Positions 7,979 through 11,133 of a stretch of 11,133 nt of DNA are shown piece after piece (the stretch's first letter is position 1; the number at the start of each line of letters is the position of its first letter). The DNA lies in the NCBI GenBank assembly GCA_046754105.1, contig JBHHVD010000096.1, positions 1-11,133 on the forward strand, written 5' to 3'. The translations under genes were made by a program, and so were the position numbers. Below the pieces are notes generated by a model. It was given only the letters and a program-made list of their open reading frames with translations, was not told where the DNA came from and did not search any database. The stretch comes from Candidatus Krumholzibacteriia bacterium (GTDB taxonomy: Bacteria > Krumholzibacteriota > Krumholzibacteriia > WVZY01).

Positions 7979-8965
7979 CTAGAACGATACCACAACCGAC
8001 CAACGGTGCACGCGATCCAGCGTCTCGGCCTGCGGCACGTTGGCGTAGTCGAACGCCACTTTCTCCTTGTAGATAAAGCCGAGACCGTACGTGGGGTCTT
8101 TGAAATCTCCGTCCTGATCGTATACGTAGCCGAGCCGTCCGACGAGAAGATTGATATAACGGTACTCGGCTCCGACATGGTAGATCTCGCTCCGGCGGGT
8201 CCTGGTTTCGCTGTCGATGAGCCACACGAGACTCTGCTCGAGGTCAAACGCGAGCAGCAGGTTGTTGACTTCGTCCGCGATCGCCGTGTACGCGGCACCC
8301 ACCCGGAACGTGAACGGCAACGGGTCGCTCTGTTCCTGATCGATGAAGGAGATGTCCGGGCCCAGGTTGGTAAGCGCGGTTCCGATGGAGAGCCGTTGAC
8401 GAGGCAGTTTCCACAACAAACCGGCGTCGACGGCGACGGAGGTCGCCGACCCGTCACGCTGCTCGACCGTAACTCTCGCGGGCGCGAGGTCGACGTGGAT
8501 GAACTTGCCGGTGAGCCCCAAACCGAGATGGGACGTCAGGGGCACCGCGAAGCTCGCCATCAACGTTCCCTCCCAACTCTTGAACGTACCGACGAACGCG
8601 TTGTTCTGGTCCCTGCCCTCGCTCTCACCGTAGGTCAGGTACACGACGCCGAAGCTCAGCGTCCCGAAATTGGACAACTGGTTTGTATACCCGAGATACT
8701 CGTAGTACACGTCCGGAGCCAGGTCGGGCACCAGCTGGCTGTGCATCAGCGCGAGGTTCTGTCCCCGGACGAACGCCAGACCGCCGGGGTTCCACCACAC
8801 CGCCGTGGCGTCATCCGCCAGGGCCACGTAGCTCTCACCAATGCCGTTCGCGCGGGCGCCAGGGGGGATGAGCAATGAGGGTACACCCGCTTCCCCCACG
8901 GCAAAAGCAGATGTCGAAACCAGCATCGAGATCAAGCCGATACCGGCCAAAAGCTTGCAGCGCAT
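7979..8965 (-). CDS. porV: PorV/PorQ-family (FadL-like) outer-membrane beta-barrel, T9SS shuttle protein
   Basis: Signal peptide MRCKLLAGIGLISMLVSTSAFA. Family N-terminal signature SLLIPPGARANGIGESYVALADDATAVWWNPGGLAF. Amphipathic strands, NLGPDISF and PLPFTFRVG motifs, C-terminal HRWSVVVSF. Directly follows porU. Confidence 0.88.
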   Translation of the reverse strand: MRCKLLAGIGLISMLVSTSAFAVGEAGVPSLLIPPGARANGIGESYVALADDATAVWWNPGGLAFVRGQNLALMHSQLVPDLAPDVYYEYLGYTNQLSNFGTLSFGVVYLTYGESEGRDQNNAFVGTFKSWEGTLMASFAVPLTSHLGLGLTGKFIHVDLAPARVTVEQRDGSATSVAVDAGLLWKLPRQRLSIGTALTNLGPDISFIDQEQSDPLPFTFRVGAAYTAIADEVNNLLLAFDLEQSLVWLIDSETRTRRSEIYHVGAEYRYINLLVGRLGYVYDQDGDFKDPTYGLGFIYKEKVAFDYANVPQAETLDRVHRWSVVVSF

Positions 8966-8973
8966 AAGCTTAG

Positions 8974-8980
8974 TCCTCCT
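8974..8980 (-). promoter_or_regulatory. Shine-Dalgarno site of porV
   Basis: The minus strand reads AGGAGGA-CTAAGCTT-ATG, with 8-nt spacing to the ATG at 8965. Confidence 0.9.
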
Positions 8981-8981
8981 G

Positions 8982-8996
8982 ATTGTGTGCTACAAT
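8982..8996. promoter_or_regulatory. Palindrome ATTGT-N5-ACAAT overlapping the -10/+1 region; candidate operator
   Basis: The plus strand reads attgt (8982-8986), gtgct, acaat (8992-8996): perfect 5-bp arms straddling the predicted transcription start. Confidence 0.4.
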
Positions 8997-9023
8997 AATA
9001 CACCTTTTCCGCGATCCGGTCAA
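8995..9023 (-). promoter_or_regulatory. Sigma70-type internal promoter upstream of porV
   Basis: The minus strand reads TTGACC (9023-9018), a 17-nt spacer (9017-9001), then TATTAT (9000-8995). Both hexamers match consensus at 5/6 with optimal spacing, in an AT-rich patch of a GC-rich region. Predicted +1 is near A8988. Confidence 0.8.
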
Positions 9024-9049
9024 GGTCATACACGGCCGCCTCCGGCCAC

Positions 9050-11133
9050 CTATTCCACCTTGACCAGCTTGCCCCGGAGGACCAGCGCCGGCCGCGAGAC
9101 CCCTTCGAAATCCACGGTCGCCACGTACAGATACGCCCCGTTGCCGATGGTGTCCCCCGAAAAGTCGCGTCCATCCCACAATATCCAGGCTTCGCCGGGG
9201 TCGCGCGTGGTTTCGAGCGTCCGGATCCGCCTGCCGGAAAGAGTGAAAATATCGAGGCGGATACGGGCCCGCCCCGTCAGATTGACCAGGAAATGGGTCG
9301 ATGACCGAAAAGGGTTTGGATAGTTGAGAACGACTTCGGCACTGAAATCGAGCACGTCGGTGACGCTGAATTCCAATGTGTCCAGCCGTGTCTGCCCGAA
9401 GCTGTCGGCGACCTTCAGCACCGCGCTGTGCTCGCCCACGGCAAGGCCCGGCACGGGAAACAGCAGCGTTCCGGACGTGTCTACCCCACCGTGATCGAAG
9501 TCGAAGAACCGCGTGGCGTCGATCGGCAGGTTGGAGCGGTCGAAGACCAGAGCGATCTTTCCCTCGGGCGTCGTCGTGAGGATATTGACGCCGTCGGCAT
9601 CCCGGATCCGCGCCTGGAGGACCGCCCCGGGCTTGACCGTACTCGCGCCCCCCTGAAACCCGAGAGTGACTCGCGGGGGGCCATCCAGCGGCACCAGCGC
9701 CGTGCTGTCTCCCGGAGAGGCCGGCACGTACAGGATCGAGTCGAACCGCGCCGCGGCGTCGGTGACCCCGTTGTCCGCGTAGCCGAGGATGAACCCCAGA
9801 TCGCCCGTTTGCGCCGACCGCGGCACTTTGAAGTTGAACTCGAACTCACCGGCGCGTACGTCCGCGGTTCCCTCGTACACGGTCCCACCCGGATAGTTGT
9901 ACGGGATGGAGAACCCGTCTTCGCGCTGGTAGCCGCTCTGATCGTCCGGCTCCCGCACCACCAGGCGCACCGTGCCCGAGAAACCCGTGTCGACCTGGCC
10001 TCCGCCGTACACGCTGCCGTGTACCATTTCCCTTCTACCGGTGACGAGTGTGTCGATATCCACCGGGGCGAACACGATACGGCGCTGTGGCGAGAGCAGG
10101 CGTAAGGCCGGATCACCCAAGAGGTTATATTTTTCGTTATTCTCCTCTACCAGGCGGAGCCCGGAAGCACTGAGCGACCTGAACTTCGCCGTCATGAGGG
10201 CGACACCCAGGGGCTCGGCCGGACCCGGGCTGGCCGGGAACAGGGATTCGAACAGGTTGAAATCGAAGCTCGCGTTGGGCCCGATGAACGTCAGCTCGCT
10301 GGCCGTTACGGTGGCGATCACTCCCCCGCCGTCCCTGAGAAGCAGCTTTTCCGAGAGGCTCTTGGCACCGTCGCCAAATTTCCCGATCGTGCAGCTGACC
10401 GCGACCAGGAGCGGCAGCCTCAGGCCGTTGACCAGGTTGGGAACGTCGGTGTCGAGAAACACCTGTTCGTCCGCCATCTGCTTGCTGCTGCCGTGCCCGA
10501 CGTAGTTGACGACCAGCGCCCCTTCGTTCCACGCGTCGAGGAAGAACAGCCGGCTCGCGGGCTTGATACCGGAGATGGCGGGGAACTCGGTCAGGTAGAT
10601 CTTGAGCGGGTTGAGGTACTTCGCCAGTTTGGAGCTTGCGATGACCTCCGACTGGATGACGAAATCCGCCTGGCGGTCGTTGCGGAACGCGACCTCGTCG
10701 TCGGCGACGAGGATGACCTGGTCGCGCCAGGCGCCGAACTCGGCCGTCGTCTCGTACGAAATCACCTTGCTTACCAGCGCGTCGGCCTCCTGGGCGGACG
10801 CCGCCGGCAGCCGCCCGACGGCGAAGTCGATGAACTTCGCGCCGGCGACGTCGGCGGGATCCATAAGGGCAAACCAGTCGTCGGTGATATAGGCGTCCAG
10901 CGTGAGCTGGTTCATGTTGACGTTCGTCGTAACAAAGTTGGGCAGCGACGTCGTGAAGTTCTTGAAGTCGACGTTGGCGTCCCCCAGCAGCAGCAGGTAC
11001 GTGAGCAGGGGGTTTCCCCCGGTGTCGGAGAAATTATCGTAGAGAAACTTGCAATAATTACGGATCGCCACCGGGTCGGGCACGCCGCCCGAGAAATTGT
11101 CGTAGATCTCATCCACCGTAACGACGTCGACCC
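9050..11133 (-). CDS. porU: PorU-like T9SS sortase (peptidase C25 family) with C-terminal T9SS type A / FlgD-Ig-like sorting domain; 5'-truncated by the window edge
   Basis: The frame stays open past the listed GTG at 11116 to the window end (VDVVTVDEIYDNFSGG). C25/PorU motifs: IYDNFSGG..D..AIRNY, YLLLLGDA, AVGRLPA, catalytic His in NYVGHG (codon 10493-10495), catalytic Cys in VSCTIGKF (codon 10391-10393), YNLLGDPALRL. PorU-type segment PPRVTL...LQARIRDADGVNI. CTD: NYPNPF...IFTLSGRRIRTL...WDGRD..G..IGNGAYLY...KLVKVE. Lies directly upstream of a porV homologue. Stop TAG at 9050-9052. Confidence 0.9.
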   Translation of the reverse strand, partial: VDVVTVDEIYDNFSGGVPDPVAIRNYCKFLYDNFSDTGGNPLLTYLLLLGDANVDFKNFTTSLPNFVTTNVNMNQLTLDAYITDDWFALMDPADVAGAKFIDFAVGRLPAASAQEADALVSKVISYETTAEFGAWRDQVILVADDEVAFRNDRQADFVIQSEVIASSKLAKYLNPLKIYLTEFPAISGIKPASRLFFLDAWNEGALVVNYVGHGSSKQMADEQVFLDTDVPNLVNGLRLPLLVAVSCTIGKFGDGAKSLSEKLLLRDGGGVIATVTASELTFIGPNASFDFNLFESLFPASPGPAEPLGVALMTAKFRSLSASGLRLVEENNEKYNLLGDPALRLLSPQRRIVFAPVDIDTLVTGRREMVHGSVYGGGQVDTGFSGTVRLVVREPDDQSGYQREDGFSIPYNYPGGTVYEGTADVRAGEFEFNFKVPRSAQTGDLGFILGYADNGVTDAAARFDSILYVPASPGDSTALVPLDGPPRVTLGFQGGASTVKPGAVLQARIRDADGVNILTTTPEGKIALVFDRSNLPIDATRFFDFDHGGVDTSGTLLFPVPGLAVGEHSAVLKVADSFGQTRLDTLEFSVTDVLDFSAEVVLNYPNPFRSSTHFLVNLTGRARIRLDIFTLSGRRIRTLETTRDPGEAWILWDGRDFSGDTIGNGAYLYVATVDFEGVSRPALVLRGKLVKVE

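Noticed and set aside
8951..8972. Two AAGCTT palindromes flanking the porV start codon, a potential hairpin
   Set aside because: The 6-bp AU-rich stem would be weak and leaves the SD exposed, so there is no support for a regulatory role.
11114..11116. GTG start assigned to porU by the ORF track
   Set aside because: The frame is open to the window edge, there is no signal peptide, and the sequence begins inside the C25 domain. The true start lies outside the window.

Overview
High-GC bacterial DNA (roughly mid-60s % GC by eye, not counted) holding seven co-directional minus-strand genes for cell-envelope proteins, probably one operon. In transcription order: a 5'-truncated PorU-like C25 (gingipain-clan) sortase with a type IX secretion (T9SS) C-terminal domain; a PorV-family barrel; two tandem paralogous hypothetical exported proteins; a six-bladed NHL beta-propeller lipoprotein; a 1137-aa probable outer-membrane beta-barrel with SprA-like motifs; and a three-POTRA Omp85 (BamA/TamA-superfamily) protein. 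porV has a canonical sigma70 promoter (TTGACC-17-TATTAT), an overlapping palindrome and a strong Shine-Dalgarno site. These signals are atypical of Bacteroidota, so the host is probably another FCB-group lineage (inference). The main candidate system is a T9SS attachment module (PorU/PorV) linked to an uncharacterised outer-membrane assembly or translocation module. Family calls rest on recalled motifs, not database searches. No RNA genes, CRISPR arrays or mobile elements were seen.
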